Assembly: GCA_039818205.1 (NCBI GenBank)
Contig: JBCBUK010000001.1
Span: 512,001 to 576,000, forward strand
Source of the DNA: Verrucomicrobiota bacterium
GTDB taxonomy: Bacteria > Verrucomicrobiota > Verrucomicrobiia > Opitutales > Cerasicoccaceae
Direction of reading: 5' to 3'
DNA: 64,000 nt
Both the position numbers and the translations under genes were made by a program. Below, in pieces: positions 28,784-41,363 of the stretch. The notes beneath the pieces were generated by a model. That model ran no database searches. It was not told the origin of the DNA and worked only from the letters and a program-made list of their open reading frames with translations. Each line of letters opens with the position of its first letter. The first letter of the stretch is position 1.

Positions 28784-30640
28784 TTATGATTGTTCAATCA
28801 GATTAACTTGTAAAACGACGCAAGCCACCTTGCCTCCAGTATCCGGATAGATAATCTCCACGGTGTTCTCTTCGCGGACGTATTCCATAGGCACAGGCAC
28901 TTCGATCATACCAAAAAAGTTTGCGCGACCGGCTTGATCATCTCCGGCCCAATTGTCGGGAATTTGTAAGTCATAACCATTGAACTCGATCGAATCAGGC
29001 AGCACTTGCTTGCCCAACTCGCGACCAGGTGAGAGGCGCAGAATCGCACCACCGGCCCCGGTAGGCGTATCGACAAATGTAAACTCAATCGGTTCGCCCG
29101 AATTAATATCTTTTAGATAGTCAGTGGCATAAACACGGTGTTCGGCAACCCGGCCGCGGATCCCAACGGGTTCCGGCAAATCGACAATGATCATCGCTCC
29201 CATACCAGGGAGTAAGTTCATTTGATGGGGAATTTCTGGAAGGACCATTTCACCAACGCGAGGCTGCTCGCCATTAGTCGTCAATACGCGAGCGGTGATG
29301 GCGACTGGCTCCAGGTCCTCGAGACCGGAAAGCTCCAGCAGCATGTTTTCGTGAGCCAGATTTGCGAGGATAACCCAAAGTCGATTACCGTCGTTTAACA
29401 AGTGCACCCGAACATCGGGGTTTGAACTCTGGCTTACGCGCCACTGCCCTTCCACCCCTTTCCAAAACTCATAGAAAAGCATGAGGTCCGTCGTCACGAA
29501 ATTTCCCTCAGCAGTCCGGCGCCAAAGTAAAAATGGATTAGCCTGCCCTGGCTCGCCCGTCCCCTTCAAACTGTAGGTCCAAAGCGCCTTCCCCAACACA
29601 AACGGAATCGTTTTCAGGAGGCGGTCTGGGTGATCCATGTAAGTCATATTCTGGCCGTTGATCGAGTAAAGCATCCCACCCGAGCGAGCGGGGCTATAAT
29701 CCATCATACCCATGTTGCCCTCTGGGATCTTGCCGTACTCAGTAATCATGAGCGGCTTGGCGACACCAAACTTAATGTGGCTGTAGGTATCGATCAAATC
29801 CATGATCGCCTCAGAATTACTTCCAGTGCGATCGCGCGGCGTGCCCTCAACGTTGACACCGTCGTATACATGGTAGGAAAAGAAATCCATGTTCTCTCCC
29901 GCGATATCCATGAAGGTCTTTTGCCAATTGTTCCAATGATCAAAGTTTCGGGCCTCAACCTCGACCCATGCTGCCGAGTACCCACCAACCATCACATCGG
30001 GATTCAATTCGCGCACCCGCTTGGCAACCACGTTGTGCTGCTCCGATAGCCGCTGGACATCGGTCCCGATCTTCTTCGCCTTCACAAAGGGCTCATTGAA
30101 TACCTCGATGTATTTCGGGCGCTGATCATGGTCGTAGTAATGTTTCAGAAACTGAGCGGTAAACTCGGCAACGCCTTCGTAAGTGCGTGGCCCCCACGCT
30201 GCGTGATCATTGTCCGGCATTGCATGCATGAGCTCCGGATGCGTGCAAATCACCAACTCCCGCATGTGCTCGGTCGTTGCCGCAGGAAAGCCGCTTAAGT
30301 GTTCACGCTGGCGCTTACCCTGCTCTGCCATCTGCTCGACATCCGGCATATCCGGGTTGTCGGCACTCGCGCGGATGCCCTTGGCTGTGCCAGATAGGTT
30401 GCCGCCGTCTCGCCCATAACGAGCATCCAGCTCGTTGCCGAGATAGACCCGCTCCTCTTTCGTCAAGGAGCGGGACCCAAAGTTCTCGTGGACTGTAATA
30501 AACTGATTGCGATCAAACTCTGTCACACCGCCGATATCGCGGATATAGTCAGGAGCTAACTGAATTTCCACAAGCTCGTCCTGCCCGACCAATAGAGTTG
30601 GAATCAGGGCAAACAGCGTGAAGAGTCTCATCGTGATCAA
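28784..30640 (-). CDS. GH86 beta-porphyranase/beta-agarase
   Basis: Signal peptide, [16 protein letters not shown], clan GH-A acid/base EVFNEP and nucleophile [16 protein letters not shown], and a C-terminal beta-sandwich ([10 protein letters not shown]). Resembles BpGH86A-type enzymes. Confidence 0.85.
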   Translation of the reverse strand: MITMRLFTLFALIPTLLVGQDELVEIQLAPDYIRDIGGVTEFDRNQFITVHENFGSRSLTKEERVYLGNELDARYGRDGGNLSGTAKGIRASADNPDMPDVEQMAEQGKRQREHLSGFPAATTEHMRELVICTHPELMHAMPDNDHAAWGPRTYEGVAEFTAQFLKHYYDHDQRPKYIEVFNEPFVKAKKIGTDVQRLSEQHNVVAKRVRELNPDVMVGGYSAAWVEVEARNFDHWNNWQKTFMDIAGENMDFFSYHVYDGVNVEGTPRDRTGSNSEAIMDLIDTYSHIKFGVAKPLMITEYGKIPEGNMGMMDYSPARSGGMLYSINGQNMTYMDHPDRLLKTIPFVLGKALWTYSLKGTGEPGQANPFLLWRRTAEGNFVTTDLMLFYEFWKGVEGQWRVSQSSNPDVRVHLLNDGNRLWVILANLAHENMLLELSGLEDLEPVAITARVLTTNGEQPRVGEMVLPEIPHQMNLLPGMGAMIIVDLPEPVGIRGRVAEHRVYATDYLKDINSGEPIEFTFVDTPTGAGGAILRLSPGRELGKQVLPDSIEFNGYDLQIPDNWAGDDQAGRANFFGMIEVPVPMEYVREENTVEIIYPDTGGKVACVVLQVNLIEQS

Positions 30641-30684
30641 TCAGTGTTTAAAGCGCGGAGTAATTCCGCCCGTTTAGGTTAATA

Positions 30685-32529
30685 TTATTCTCCAGTAGCA
30701 ACACCGCGGCGACGCTCCAATTCAGCACGAATCTCGGCCATCTTCGAGCGGGTCAGCGGATACTTAAACAACAGGACCAAGCAAACCAGCAATGCGACAG
30801 CTTGGGGAATAGAATAGAAGAACCGGAGTTTCTCCATCGTGCCTTCCTTCTGATTATCCAGAACGGCGGATTGGCGTTTGGCCTCCTGAAAATCTTCCAG
30901 CGTTACCGGAGAATGACCAAACCACTTGTATCCGAAGTAACTGAAGATGTTGTATCCCTTAAATTTCACTACGGGATCGCCGTCTTTCACATCCTGAGGA
31001 ACGGACGCATATTCGATCTCGGCCTGCTTATCGATGGCTTCGTCGGCATCTTCCTTGGCTTTCTCCAACTTCTGGTCGGTAAACTTTTCCAGGGTCAGCG
31101 GACCATCACCGGAAAGCTGATACTCAAACCAACCAGCGAAGTTCGAAAAGCTAAACGGCACGACTGGGTCACCCGCCTTCTCTTCGGGAGTCAACGTATC
31201 GTAATCAATAGCTGCCTGCGCGACAACGCGCTCCATCAGTTCTTCATTCATGGCCTTACTATCGAACTGAACCACATGCTCGAGGTTCGCGCCGGAGATT
31301 ATAATCGCCAGCGTCATGGCGATCTTGTTGCACCAATTAGTAATCGCCGCAATAAGACCCTCACTCCGAGTACCTGTTTTATATTCATCCCAGTCACACA
31401 CGTCGGCCCGCATCGAGAGAATCAAGACCCAGAAGCCGCATTCACCAATCGCAACCAAAGGCTTCATCGAAAGCGCTAGCCAAGGACGTCCCGGAATGGT
31501 GGTGAAGTAAATTCCAACGAACGCAACAATCAGGACGACGACCGACCAAATCATGATCTTATGCTTGTCCACTTTATCGGTCAATTTTCCGATAACTGCT
31601 GCTGCAGCCAGAGCGAAGAACATTCGCAAGGTGCCATCAAACCCACCTAGGTTCGCTCCCGCCTGAATATCACCTTCATAAATGTAGTAAACATTGACAA
31701 AGTAAGACAAGTTGGCCGTAGCCATGATCGAGAAAAGGTAGAAAGCGATCACCCCGATCACGATCAAAAGCGGCTTGTTTCGAGCCAATGCCGAAATGCC
31801 TTCCATGAAGGTTCCAGCACCTTCCTTCGTAGCAATACTTTTGTATCGTTCCTTATTGAATAACGCCGGAAGGATTCCCGCTCCTATAATAATAGCAGCA
31901 ACCAGCCAGCTTACATAACGGATGCCGTTAGCGTTGCTACCGACCGAGTCAAAGGTCGCGAGCCAAGCCGCAAAGGGAAATATCCAGACAATTCCTAAAT
32001 TGAAGAACTCCTGAACATACTTTCGAACAACGAATATCTTACTCCGTTCGCGGTAGTCTGGGGTCAGCTCAGCTCCCAAGGCCTCATAAGGCACCGAGAA
32101 AATTGAGTAGACCGAATAAAAAATCATCAGAGCGATGAACAAGTAGAGAGTAACCGCACCGGTCGACCAACTATCAGGGACCATCCAGATAACCGGAAAA
32201 AGCAACCCGGTTAAGATAGCTCCCACAAAGATAAAGGGTTTACGTCGACCGAAGCGGCTTTTACAGCCGTCCGATAATCGACCGGCCAATGGATCCGTTA
32301 CCGCATCCCAGAGGCGCGCGGCACCCAGAGCCAAGCCCACCATCGTCGCACCTAAGCCGAGGAAATCGACAAAGAAGGGCGTCATAAAAATCCAGGCCAA
32401 ACACACGTTGGCGTAGTGGTCGGAGACGACGCCCATGGAATAGGCGATCTTCTCTCCGAGCGGCACCTTATCTTCTGGCCGCGTCTTATCCAAGTCGGGG
32501 ACAGCGTTCGCTTGATTTGATTCAGACAT
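30685..32529 (-). CDS. GPH-family (MelB-like) sugar:cation symporter with a large duplicated loop insertion
   Basis: [70 protein letters not shown]. At 614 aa it is much longer than a typical GPH permease. Confidence 0.9.
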   Translation of the reverse strand: MSESNQANAVPDLDKTRPEDKVPLGEKIAYSMGVVSDHYANVCLAWIFMTPFFVDFLGLGATMVGLALGAARLWDAVTDPLAGRLSDGCKSRFGRRKPFIFVGAILTGLLFPVIWMVPDSWSTGAVTLYLFIALMIFYSVYSIFSVPYEALGAELTPDYRERSKIFVVRKYVQEFFNLGIVWIFPFAAWLATFDSVGSNANGIRYVSWLVAAIIIGAGILPALFNKERYKSIATKEGAGTFMEGISALARNKPLLIVIGVIAFYLFSIMATANLSYFVNVYYIYEGDIQAGANLGGFDGTLRMFFALAAAAVIGKLTDKVDKHKIMIWSVVVLIVAFVGIYFTTIPGRPWLALSMKPLVAIGECGFWVLILSMRADVCDWDEYKTGTRSEGLIAAITNWCNKIAMTLAIIISGANLEHVVQFDSKAMNEELMERVVAQAAIDYDTLTPEEKAGDPVVPFSFSNFAGWFEYQLSGDGPLTLEKFTDQKLEKAKEDADEAIDKQAEIEYASVPQDVKDGDPVVKFKGYNIFSYFGYKWFGHSPVTLEDFQEAKRQSAVLDNQKEGTMEKLRFFYSIPQAVALLVCLVLLFKYPLTRSKMAEIRAELERRRGVATGE

Positions 32530-32532
32530 TTT

Positions 32533-34596
32533 TTAGTTCGGGTAGTTGGTTCGATACTCATACATGTTGTCCGCGACGTTGCGAATCGCTTGGACCATGT
32601 AGGGGTAAGGTGTGTCACAAATATCGACTAAGCCAACATTATAGTTTTCCCCGTCACCGCGACCTGCGATGTGTTCATCCACAAACTGAAACCAATGGGC
32701 GCCGACGACCTGCGGATTCTCCAATCCACTGCGTATGTAGTCCGCATAGAGCTCGCCCCGCGCCTTCTGGCTACCCGCATCGATCAATCCGGGGTGAAAA
32801 TGCCCCCAATCTGTCGCCCCGAAATGATACTCTCCAATGATGATTGGGCGGTCAACAAAGTCAGGCAAATGTAAGTCGCGAATGCTGTGTTTATACTGAT
32901 TGTAGCTCACAACGTCGCAGTAGATCGCCGAGGCATGAGCGGCCAGATTGTTTACCCAGGCAAAACGACATCCCAAATATAAATGATCGGGTGCATGCTG
33001 ATCCAATTCCTCTTTGACCGTCCGAAAATAAGTGTTGGCCGTCTTCGCAGTGAAGGCACGCAGATCCTCTCGAGCTCTGATCAAATCTGGGGATTCGCGT
33101 GACTCCAATAAGGCATTCCAAGACGCGTAATCACTTCCCCAGGCTAGATTCAGACTACGAATTTTGTCATATTTGATCCGCAAATCCTGAACAAACTGCA
33201 GTTTCGCGGGTTGATCCGGCGGACAAGAAAGAGTCTCCAAGGCCAAGGAGGTCTCATCACCCCATGAGAGTTCGTTATCGATAAAAAAACCGATGCACCA
33301 CGGATCTTTGGCTTCCTTCGACAGGCCACCTAAACCGCGCTTAATTGACTTCCGAAAGGAAGGATCAAAGACATCATGAAACTTCCCCCAGTAGCCACGC
33401 GAGCCATCCAGCGGACGATTTCCGACAACAAAGATACTCGCGACGTATGGGGTCTTCTGCTTAAGATAGACTTTCGGAGATCCCCAGTTTGCAACGGTAT
33501 TCATGCCCCAGCTTTTGAGCCGACTGTGCACCGATTCGGCAAACGCCTCTTCCCACTCGGGACCGTATTTTCGATGCAAATTTGCTTTGTAAGTTTTGAA
33601 CTGAGTGTAAGGAAGCTTGTCGACATAGAATCCATGTGGCGCCCAATCGGAATCTCCGTAGAATTGAGCTAATGGGCTATCCGCCCCCGGCAAGTCTTCA
33701 AAGTATTCCCCCCGGTCGCTGACACCCGTATAGCCAAATTCGGGCGACACACAGGTCGGACCGTTGGACCAAAACAGGTAACCTTCAGGATCCACAAACC
33801 ACCACATGCCGTCGACCTTCTCGACCCGAAAAAATCCGGTCGCCTCAAGCTTCGGGCCATTTGCCCATCCACCAAACTTACTCAGACCGGCTGGTCCCGG
33901 ATTTTTTTTCCAGTCTTTCTCTTCAGCTGCGCGAGCCGTCTTTAAGTCGTCATCATTGTGAATCTTTGTTGGCCAGTCTCCGTGCTTAAACTGGCCGTAT
34001 CGATCGACGAACGGAACGAAAGTATCGGCATCAACTTCTACCACATCACCCGCTGCACGGATGTTTTCAATCTTGAAGGTAAGCGGCCCATGCCTCTGAC
34101 GACCGAACACTTGGATGCGGTCTACCTGCGCGGGATCAACTAGTTGCTGGCTGGGCGAACGCCTCATACCATGTAGCTCGAGCGGCTCAGAAAACGCCCA
34201 ATTTCTTACCCGTAGGGGAACCGACATCGTTCGGGTCTCACCTGGAGAAAACAGCTCGAAGCCCTGGATCTGCGGCGTGTCTTGCTGCTTACCTTTTGGG
34301 TTGTTCATGAGCACCCCAATTTGCGAGGCCTGGCTGCTCAGGTTGGTAATATCGACTTTAACCAACGAATAATCGCTTAGATCCCATGGCTCCTCGCCCG
34401 CCAAAAAACTAATATTTGGCCACTCTTCTTCGGTGCCCGTCTGAACAATTATCGAGCCATCGGATTGTTCCAAAATGGAACAATCAAAGAACTCAATATC
34501 GGCGTGAAGGGTATCATTTGAAAGCGAAACCAAAGGCTCCGCCACTCCAACGCTAGCACCAACGAAGAAGGACAAAAAGGGTAACAAGGATTTCAC
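32533..34596 (-). CDS. GH50 beta-agarase (exo-type, likely releasing neoagarobiose)
   Basis: Signal peptide, N-terminal CBM-like domain, [38 protein letters not shown], acid/base IDNELSWG, nucleophile [20 protein letters not shown]. Confidence 0.92.
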   Translation of the reverse strand: MKSLLPFLSFFVGASVGVAEPLVSLSNDTLHADIEFFDCSILEQSDGSIIVQTGTEEEWPNISFLAGEEPWDLSDYSLVKVDITNLSSQASQIGVLMNNPKGKQQDTPQIQGFELFSPGETRTMSVPLRVRNWAFSEPLELHGMRRSPSQQLVDPAQVDRIQVFGRQRHGPLTFKIENIRAAGDVVEVDADTFVPFVDRYGQFKHGDWPTKIHNDDDLKTARAAEEKDWKKNPGPAGLSKFGGWANGPKLEATGFFRVEKVDGMWWFVDPEGYLFWSNGPTCVSPEFGYTGVSDRGEYFEDLPGADSPLAQFYGDSDWAPHGFYVDKLPYTQFKTYKANLHRKYGPEWEEAFAESVHSRLKSWGMNTVANWGSPKVYLKQKTPYVASIFVVGNRPLDGSRGYWGKFHDVFDPSFRKSIKRGLGGLSKEAKDPWCIGFFIDNELSWGDETSLALETLSCPPDQPAKLQFVQDLRIKYDKIRSLNLAWGSDYASWNALLESRESPDLIRAREDLRAFTAKTANTYFRTVKEELDQHAPDHLYLGCRFAWVNNLAAHASAIYCDVVSYNQYKHSIRDLHLPDFVDRPIIIGEYHFGATDWGHFHPGLIDAGSQKARGELYADYIRSGLENPQVVGAHWFQFVDEHIAGRGDGENYNVGLVDICDTPYPYMVQAIRNVADNMYEYRTNYPN

Positions 34597-37058
34597 TGAA
34601 CATTTTCCTCCATTGCTTGCTGTTGCAATTCGCCAGCCGAAGCGTGTCCATTTAATAAGGGGTTTTTGTTAACGACTAAAGCGGTATTCTCAATTCCCGG
34701 AGACATGGCAGCGATAGAAAAGCCATTATCTTTTGATAGAACAACCAGACAACGGCCTTGCGAGGTTGTGATCCGGTTAGACTGGAAATCTTGAGTGCTG
34801 GTAGGCAAACCATTGTCGACCCCCAATATGCGAGCATCGCCGGTAACGTTGAACATAATTTCCCGCTCATCGTGCTTCACAGGAATGCCATTTTCATCCA
34901 CCAACTGAGCAATCACATGAAGTCCGTCGACCTGCATATCAATGTTAGCGGGAGCGCCTGCGGTGACCAGGGAATCAGAACTGTTCGCCGCACGTGCTTC
35001 CAATGTCCCCTCAACAAACGGCACCGCCCACTTGAATATGCGATCGTCAAAGTCGCTGAGTTTCTTAATTCCGAGCGATTCGCCATTCAGGAACAGTTCG
35101 ATCTCGTGCAAATTCGAATACACCTCAACCGCAATCAATTCGCCCTCAGAGTAGTTCCAATGAGTGTTCACATCATGCCAAATCCATACCTTCTTTTGCC
35201 AAGCCTCGGGATCATCTTCTCCAATAAATCCGGTACCGTCATCATAGGTGTAAGGCGATTTTTCGAGTAGCTGTGTTGTAAGATGCACGTGGGGCTCATC
35301 GCTCCACAGTGTTTTCATCATATGATACGAGGGCTCTTCGAAACCGGCAGTATCCAACATTCCGCTATCATTGGACCGCTTTGGCCAAAGGCCGTTCGAT
35401 TCGCCCAGATAGTCGATCCCGGTCCACAGGAATGTTCCCGCAACGAAGGGACGCTCCTCGATAGCCTTCCACTCATGCCATTGCGCAACGTTTTCGGTGC
35501 CCATGATTGGCAAATCAGGAAAGTGCTCAAATCCATAGTCGTAAATGACCCGACGATAGCTGAAGCCAATCACATCAAGAGCATCGGCATATCCTGATTG
35601 ATAACTGGACGATGGGAGGATGCAGTTAGCAATCACCGGACGGGTCTGATCGACCTCCTTCACCCATTTGGAAAGCTTCTGTGCCGTCTCGCCGATGTCG
35701 TATTCGCCACGAGGCAATTCATCCAGTAGACGCTTGATCTCATCAATCGAATGAGGCGGCTGTTGCCAAAAGTAATTGCCGGTCCAATCAGCATTGAAGA
35801 ATCCGGTCGCCTCAGCATTCCGCGGATAGGTCCATTCTATCTCGTTGCCAATACTCCACTGAAAAATACTCGGATGATTGCGGTGCGCATACATAACATT
35901 TTTCAGGTCACGCTCGGCCCATTCCTGAAAATGCTCCGTGTACCCGCGGGTAATGTAATCAACCCCCTCCTCATTCATGTTCTTGCGCTTGTCCTTCGGA
36001 TTGTCCCATTCGTCGAAGAACTCATCCTGAACCAGCAATCCCATCTCATCGCAGAGTCTAAGAAAAGCTTCCGATCCGGGATTGTGCGATATACGAACCG
36101 CATTAACTCCGGCTACTTTAAGTTTCTCAAATCGTCGGCGCCAAACATCGTCCGGTACCGCTGCACCGACGCATCCACCATCATGGTGCAAACAAACGCC
36201 TTTAATTGGAACCCGGCGTCCGTTGAGGAAAAAGCCCGTTTTGCTATCGAAATGAAAGGTACGGATACCGAACGTCGTGTGGTAAACGTCGACGACTTTG
36301 CCGCCCAAGATCAACTGGGTTTCTGCCTGATATAGCTTTGGTGAATCGATGTCCCAAAGCTCCGGACTTGCAACTTGGATCGTCTGTACGATCTGATCGG
36401 ACTGCTGGCTCGTGCACTCGGCAACTGCCGTTCCCGATGGACCATGAATAACGGTGCGAACCTCCCCACCCTCGACAGAATTGAGGACACTCAGCTCAAG
36501 CTGTATGCTGGCGGATTCTGCCGTAACCTCTGGCGTAGTAACAAAGGTGCCCCAAACCGGGATGTGCGTTCTCGCGGCACCAATCAGCTCGACCTCACGG
36601 TAAATACCCGATCCTGTATACCATCGGCTATCGCAGTATCGGGAGTGATCAACCCGAACCGCGATCACGTTCTCGCCAGGCCGAACGTTGTCCGAGATGT
36701 CATAGTAAAAAGGTGAATAGCCGTAGGGATGCTCGCCTAACCGCTCTCCGTTCAGATAGACGATTGCGTTGTTATAGACACCATCGAAGTGCAAGTAACT
36801 CGTCTCAGTCCCAAGCGATTGAAAGGTTTTCCGATACCAACCGATACCACCTGGCAAATAGCCAGTCGCGCCTTCCAAGTCTTCGCTGAACGATGATTCA
36901 ACGCTCCAATCATGGGGGACATCGACGACCCGCCATTTGGAGTCGTCGAAATCGTTCTCGATCGCGTCGGCGACATCGCCCAAGAAGAATCTCCACCCCT
37001 GCAACAGAGGGACTATCGTTCGTGTATTCTGTTCTGTGGTCACGTTCAATTGGCTCAT
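34593..37058 (-). CDS. GH2 beta-galactosidase (no evident signal peptide)
   Basis: [66 protein letters not shown]. Confidence 0.93.
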   Translation of the reverse strand: MSQLNVTTEQNTRTIVPLLQGWRFFLGDVADAIENDFDDSKWRVVDVPHDWSVESSFSEDLEGATGYLPGGIGWYRKTFQSLGTETSYLHFDGVYNNAIVYLNGERLGEHPYGYSPFYYDISDNVRPGENVIAVRVDHSRYCDSRWYTGSGIYREVELIGAARTHIPVWGTFVTTPEVTAESASIQLELSVLNSVEGGEVRTVIHGPSGTAVAECTSQQSDQIVQTIQVASPELWDIDSPKLYQAETQLILGGKVVDVYHTTFGIRTFHFDSKTGFFLNGRRVPIKGVCLHHDGGCVGAAVPDDVWRRRFEKLKVAGVNAVRISHNPGSEAFLRLCDEMGLLVQDEFFDEWDNPKDKRKNMNEEGVDYITRGYTEHFQEWAERDLKNVMYAHRNHPSIFQWSIGNEIEWTYPRNAEATGFFNADWTGNYFWQQPPHSIDEIKRLLDELPRGEYDIGETAQKLSKWVKEVDQTRPVIANCILPSSSYQSGYADALDVIGFSYRRVIYDYGFEHFPDLPIMGTENVAQWHEWKAIEERPFVAGTFLWTGIDYLGESNGLWPKRSNDSGMLDTAGFEEPSYHMMKTLWSDEPHVHLTTQLLEKSPYTYDDGTGFIGEDDPEAWQKKVWIWHDVNTHWNYSEGELIAVEVYSNLHEIELFLNGESLGIKKLSDFDDRIFKWAVPFVEGTLEARAANSSDSLVTAGAPANIDMQVDGLHVIAQLVDENGIPVKHDEREIMFNVTGDARILGVDNGLPTSTQDFQSNRITTSQGRCLVVLSKDNGFSIAAMSPGIENTALVVNKNPLLNGHASAGELQQQAMEENVQ

Positions 37059-37062
37059 TTAA

Positions 37063-38775
37063 TCAAAAGGGGTCTCGAGGGCGAACTCTCACGATCTCGG
37101 CATAGTCAACGATCCCACTCGCGTCCTTCCATTGATCGCACATCTGCGCAAGCTGCTGCACGATTTCAGGATGCTGTTTAGCGACGTTTTTCGTCTCACC
37201 GGGGTCCGATTCAAGATCATACAATTCGTAAGCAATGCCTGGCTTAGCGCTGGTTTGAAGATACCAGCCCGGCTCCATTAAGAGCTTCCAACGTCCTTTG
37301 TAGATGACACTTTGCTGCCCCTTGTCGTTGAAAAACAATGCCTCGTGTGGATCAATGCTGCCTCCTTTCAGAGCCGCCAAAACATCGCGGCCATCAAGGG
37401 GCAAGGTGGATGCTCCACGAAACTCCTGCGGATAGTCTGCCTGGGCAACCCCAAGGAGCGTAGGCATCAGATCACCAACCCACACCTGACTATTGTCAAT
37501 CGAGTCATTCGGGATTTTCCCAGGCCAGGAGGCGATGAAATGGGCTTTCGTCCCGCCTTCCCAAAGTAGCGCTTTCGTCCCGTGGTAAGGCGTATTCATG
37601 AAGCCCTGGATATGGCTAGCCGCACCGTTGTCCGAGAAATAGATGACCAAGGTATCATCCAAGACACCGGTATCTTCTAAAGCACCGAGGATTCGCCCGA
37701 CATTGACGTCTAGGTTATCCATCATCGCCGAATGAATCGCAAGCTGTAGGCGAAAATCATCTTCCTCCGGAGGAATCCAGGTATCTTTGCTTCCGGCCTT
37801 CTTGGGATACATCCCCATGCTCACAAGGTTGTCTACCCGCTGCTTTTCAACAGCTCGCAAGTGTTGATACCGTGGCAGGTATTTCTGAACCAACTCTTCC
37901 GGAGCCTGCAGCGGAAGGTGCGGAGCTCGGTAGGCGACATACAAGAAGAACGGAGGTTTATCAGGCCCGGTTGCGTCCTCGATCATTTCAATCGCCCGAT
38001 CGGTTACGCCATCCGTGTCAAAGAACGCCTTACCAGTTTTCCCGTGATGCTTTCCGTAATGCTTGTTCGGCTTCTTCGTATAGCAATGCATCGTATATTC
38101 GCGATCAAACCATAGGTCTGCGCGCTCGTTGCCCTCCATGTACGGATGGTATTTTTCATCTGGCGTAATAAAGAAATTATCCTGAGCCCCGTAGATTCCG
38201 AAATAGTCATCAAATCCGCGCTGGCTCGGCAGCGCGAGGAAATCAGCCTCCATCTCCTCATCAGTAAGGTCCCAGCCAACGTGCGACTTCTTCCACTGCT
38301 CCTGGCTATTCTTGGAAAACTTCATGGTGCTACCACCCAGGTGCCACTTGCCGGACATCATGGTTCGGTAGCCCGCGTCTTTCAGCAATTCCGGAAGCAC
38401 GGGCGTCTCGTAAGGCAAACGACCCCGATGGGCCGGGAACGGCATTTCACGAGACCAATCCCCCAGGGAACCACCGCCAAAACCGACGCGCGCGCCTTCC
38501 AGGCCCGTCATAAGCGATGCCCGAGTCGGGCTACACCGTCCATTGGTGTAAAAGTTAGTCAGCCGAACCCCTTTAGACGCCAACCGATCGAGGTTCGGTG
38601 TGTCAATCTCCCCGCCAAAGCAGCCTAAATCTGAGTAACCAGCGTCATCGGATAGAATAACCACGATGTTTGGTTGCTTTGCGCCGTGAGCGTTAACCGA
38701 GAATAAACCGATGGCCAACAACCAACTCGAGACCAAGGTTTTCTTCAGGGGTTTGATGAATTGTTTCTGTATCAT
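37063..38775 (-). CDS. Arylsulfatase S1 (Cys-type), secreted; first gene of the agarase operon
   Basis: [60 protein letters not shown]. Start approximate (ATG 38775). Confidence 0.93.
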   Translation of the reverse strand: MIQKQFIKPLKKTLVSSWLLAIGLFSVNAHGAKQPNIVVILSDDAGYSDLGCFGGEIDTPNLDRLASKGVRLTNFYTNGRCSPTRASLMTGLEGARVGFGGGSLGDWSREMPFPAHRGRLPYETPVLPELLKDAGYRTMMSGKWHLGGSTMKFSKNSQEQWKKSHVGWDLTDEEMEADFLALPSQRGFDDYFGIYGAQDNFFITPDEKYHPYMEGNERADLWFDREYTMHCYTKKPNKHYGKHHGKTGKAFFDTDGVTDRAIEMIEDATGPDKPPFFLYVAYRAPHLPLQAPEELVQKYLPRYQHLRAVEKQRVDNLVSMGMYPKKAGSKDTWIPPEEDDFRLQLAIHSAMMDNLDVNVGRILGALEDTGVLDDTLVIYFSDNGAASHIQGFMNTPYHGTKALLWEGGTKAHFIASWPGKIPNDSIDNSQVWVGDLMPTLLGVAQADYPQEFRGASTLPLDGRDVLAALKGGSIDPHEALFFNDKGQQSVIYKGRWKLLMEPGWYLQTSAKPGIAYELYDLESDPGETKNVAKQHPEIVQQLAQMCDQWKDASGIVDYAEIVRVRPRDPF

Positions 38776-39031
38776 GTATCTAAGCGTGGGTTTCTCCAAA
38801 ACTCATCAAACTCTATGGTCGCTTGAGATGAGGATCAGGACAAGCATGAAAACTTGTGTTTTTTGGTATTTTTTGAAATTCATCCAACCATCCTAACATC
38901 GAAACATAAATGCGGAATAGATTCTTTTATATAAAAGGATATATTGAATATCTAATCGACCAATTAGACCAAATACAAACCGATCGACCCCCATTTTATT
39001 TGCATTATTTGGTCATATTTGCCGAAAAAAC

Positions 39032-39061
39032 AAAAAGCGCCCACTCAAGAGAGTGGACGCC
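39032..39061 (-). terminator. Rho-independent terminator after the PEP-CTERM gene
   Basis: GCGCCCACTC-aaga-GAGTGGACGC inverted repeat with an A-tract on the left (U-tract on the minus strand). Confidence 0.7.
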
Positions 39062-39098
39062 TTAGTTGATTAAATTTCAGTTACCTTAGTCGGCCAGA

Positions 39099-39893
39099 CT
39101 AGGCACGGCGGCGACGCAGAAATGCAATCCCGAGAACGGCAACCCCAGCAACCATAGCATAAGTGCTTGGCTCAGGAACCGTGATCGAATTGACCTGCAT
39201 GCTAGTAATGCCTGACGCATTGTTAGACATACCGATTGACTGAAAGTATACGAAAGCACCTGCGCCGGTCAGGGCATCATAAATCCCTTGATCAACGCCA
39301 GTAACCGTGCCCACACCAGTTCCCATTCCGTCAGTGATGTTGGTCAACTCAACCGTATAGAAGGTATTTGCGGCATCCGCACCCAAGGTAAGGGTGTAAT
39401 CATACTGAAAAACATCGTCAGTGTTGAAGCCAGTGGGACTGGAAATTCCCGGAATCGTACCGAAGTCCTTGAGCAAACGATACTGGTCGCTACCGCTGAA
39501 GATCTGAATATTCGAATCGGCATTGGTGTTTGCAACACCAACTGAGGTCGCCGCATTGCTTGCCGACAAACCACTCGTCATGATGTAGGTAAACGAAGTT
39601 GGTGCCGCAAAAGTGCCACCAAACTGAAAGTTCATCGTATAGGAAAACGACTCTCCAGAACCTAACGTAATCGGTGCGTTCCAAACCGCGATTTCAGCGT
39701 TATTGGTCGTAATGGCATTACCCGTACCTGCGGCATCGGCAACATTCCAACCAGCCTCAGCAACAAAGGACTGTTGGCCATTCAACGCGCCGTCGGAGTA
39801 GTCGGGAGAAGTGAATTCAATCAATTGAGCATTCAAGCTCGAGGCAACCGCAAGCGATGCGGCGATAGCGGAGATCTGTAACGAGGTCTTCAT
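39099..39893 (-). CDS. PEP-CTERM surface protein
   Basis: Signal peptide MKTSLQIS...LNA and C-terminal VPEPSTYAMVAGVAVLGIAFLRRRRA. Start reassigned to ATG 39893. Confidence 0.92.
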   Translation of the reverse strand: MKTSLQISAIAASLAVASSLNAQLIEFTSPDYSDGALNGQQSFVAEAGWNVADAAGTGNAITTNNAEIAVWNAPITLGSGESFSYTMNFQFGGTFAAPTSFTYIMTSGLSASNAATSVGVANTNADSNIQIFSGSDQYRLLKDFGTIPGISSPTGFNTDDVFQYDYTLTLGADAANTFYTVELTNITDGMGTGVGTVTGVDQGIYDALTGAGAFVYFQSIGMSNNASGITSMQVNSITVPEPSTYAMVAGVAVLGIAFLRRRRA

Positions 39894-40075
39894 AGTGTTT
39901 AATTTATGATGGGGATAGAGTTTGAGGGTTAAGAGGATTACTGGCGAAAGAATGACCGCAAACACCCAGACCAGTCAATACCAATTTCTACAAATTAAAC
40001 GCCCCCAATCCCCTTGAAACGACATTTACTCGTGTATAGTCGTCCAAACAATACATTTGCATGGTATTTTTAGGT

Positions 40076-40104
40076 AAAAAAAAGCACCCCAATAGTGAGG
40101 TGCT
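40076..40104 (-). terminator. Rho-independent terminator after the AraC gene
   Basis: AGCACCCC-aatagt-GAGGTGCT hairpin preceded by an A-run on the plus strand. Confidence 0.6.
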
Positions 40105-40127
40105 AAATCATTGATATGCGCTACAGC

Positions 40128-40970
40128 TTAATCCGAAACTGAATTCAACACATTCAGTCGATACTCCTTAGGTGTAATTCCCATGACAGACTTAAAGAGC
40201 TTGGAAAAATGAAAACCATCGCAGCACCCGAATTGCTCGGCGAGCTCATCATTGGAAAGTGCTGAACGGGTCATCAGGCGCCCTGCCTGTCGCATGAGTG
40301 CTGTCCTTCGGAAGCGTGCCGGCGAAATGCCGTAATGCTTACTAAAAGCCTTTCTCCAGGTCTCATAGCTACAGCCGCACTCACTCGCAATCAACTCCCA
40401 GTCGGGCTGATTATCTGGCGGCCAGGACTGCAGGTGCTGTTTACTCGCTTCGAGGCGCTCTTCAAAGCTGCGGTCCATATGCCCAGCCGATACAACCTGG
40501 TTGATCAGGAGGTGAATCTCAGAAAGCACCGAAACGGCCTCGTAATGATTCCGGGGACGGCTCTGCGCAATACGCAACCAGCGAGGCGCCCAAAGCTCGA
40601 CGTTGCCGAGGTGAAAAATATGGCGCCCTTTCAGCTGACCACTCTCTACCCACTGATCAAAGGGTTTTCCCTTAAAGCAAAGATATACCTCAGCCCACGT
40701 ACCGCCAGGGTCGCAACCATACTGATGCGTGTATCCTGGCTCAACCAAGATACAGTCGCCCTTCTTCACCTCATGCTCAGCCCCTTGCGAATCGACGTAC
40801 CGACCGCCGCCTTCCAACAACAATGCAAAGGAAAAGAAGTCCAAGGCACGCCAGTGTCTCAATCCCCAGTTTTCATCAGTTACATAGATTCCACCATAGA
40901 TGAGCGTCCCCAATGGTGTCGGCGTATCAATCCAGTGATAGATTTCAGGATCTTTAGGCAATTCAATCAT
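40128..40970 (-). CDS. AraC-family transcriptional regulator (cupin + HTH)
   Basis: [24 protein letters not shown] cupin, and [38 protein letters not shown]. Confidence 0.93.
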   Translation of the reverse strand: MIELPKDPEIYHWIDTPTPLGTLIYGGIYVTDENWGLRHWRALDFFSFALLLEGGGRYVDSQGAEHEVKKGDCILVEPGYTHQYGCDPGGTWAEVYLCFKGKPFDQWVESGQLKGRHIFHLGNVELWAPRWLRIAQSRPRNHYEAVSVLSEIHLLINQVVSAGHMDRSFEERLEASKQHLQSWPPDNQPDWELIASECGCSYETWRKAFSKHYGISPARFRRTALMRQAGRLMTRSALSNDELAEQFGCCDGFHFSKLFKSVMGITPKEYRLNVLNSVSD

Positions 40971-41363
40971 ACCAAAAACTTCATGTTACATTCCAATTTA
41001 TCCATAGTAAAGACACAATGCTCAAGATCGACCCCGAAATGGCAGCATGATGCAATTAGTGGCGCAGTTGATCACAACAGTGAAAAATGCGCGAAATTGA
41101 CAGTTCCATTCGGATAATGACTGGAGTCGCAAAATCAATCTGACGGAATTTGCCAATAAATCCAGAAAAATTGAACCGACAATCGCAACCCCCTCATTTT
41201 TAATGGGTTGTTGGTAAACAAATTACTGCCAGAGCCAATCTCGCGGCGGCAATAATAGGACCAAAACCAACATCGGGACATTTGCCAATTACATCAATGC
41301 GCAAAATCCCCCTACATTCGCGTCGCAGGCAAGCTGCCACGACAACCACCGACTCAGGCCAAA

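Noticed and set aside
40335..41117. 260-aa plus-strand ORF
   Set aside because: Antisense to a clear AraC gene, with no recognisable features.
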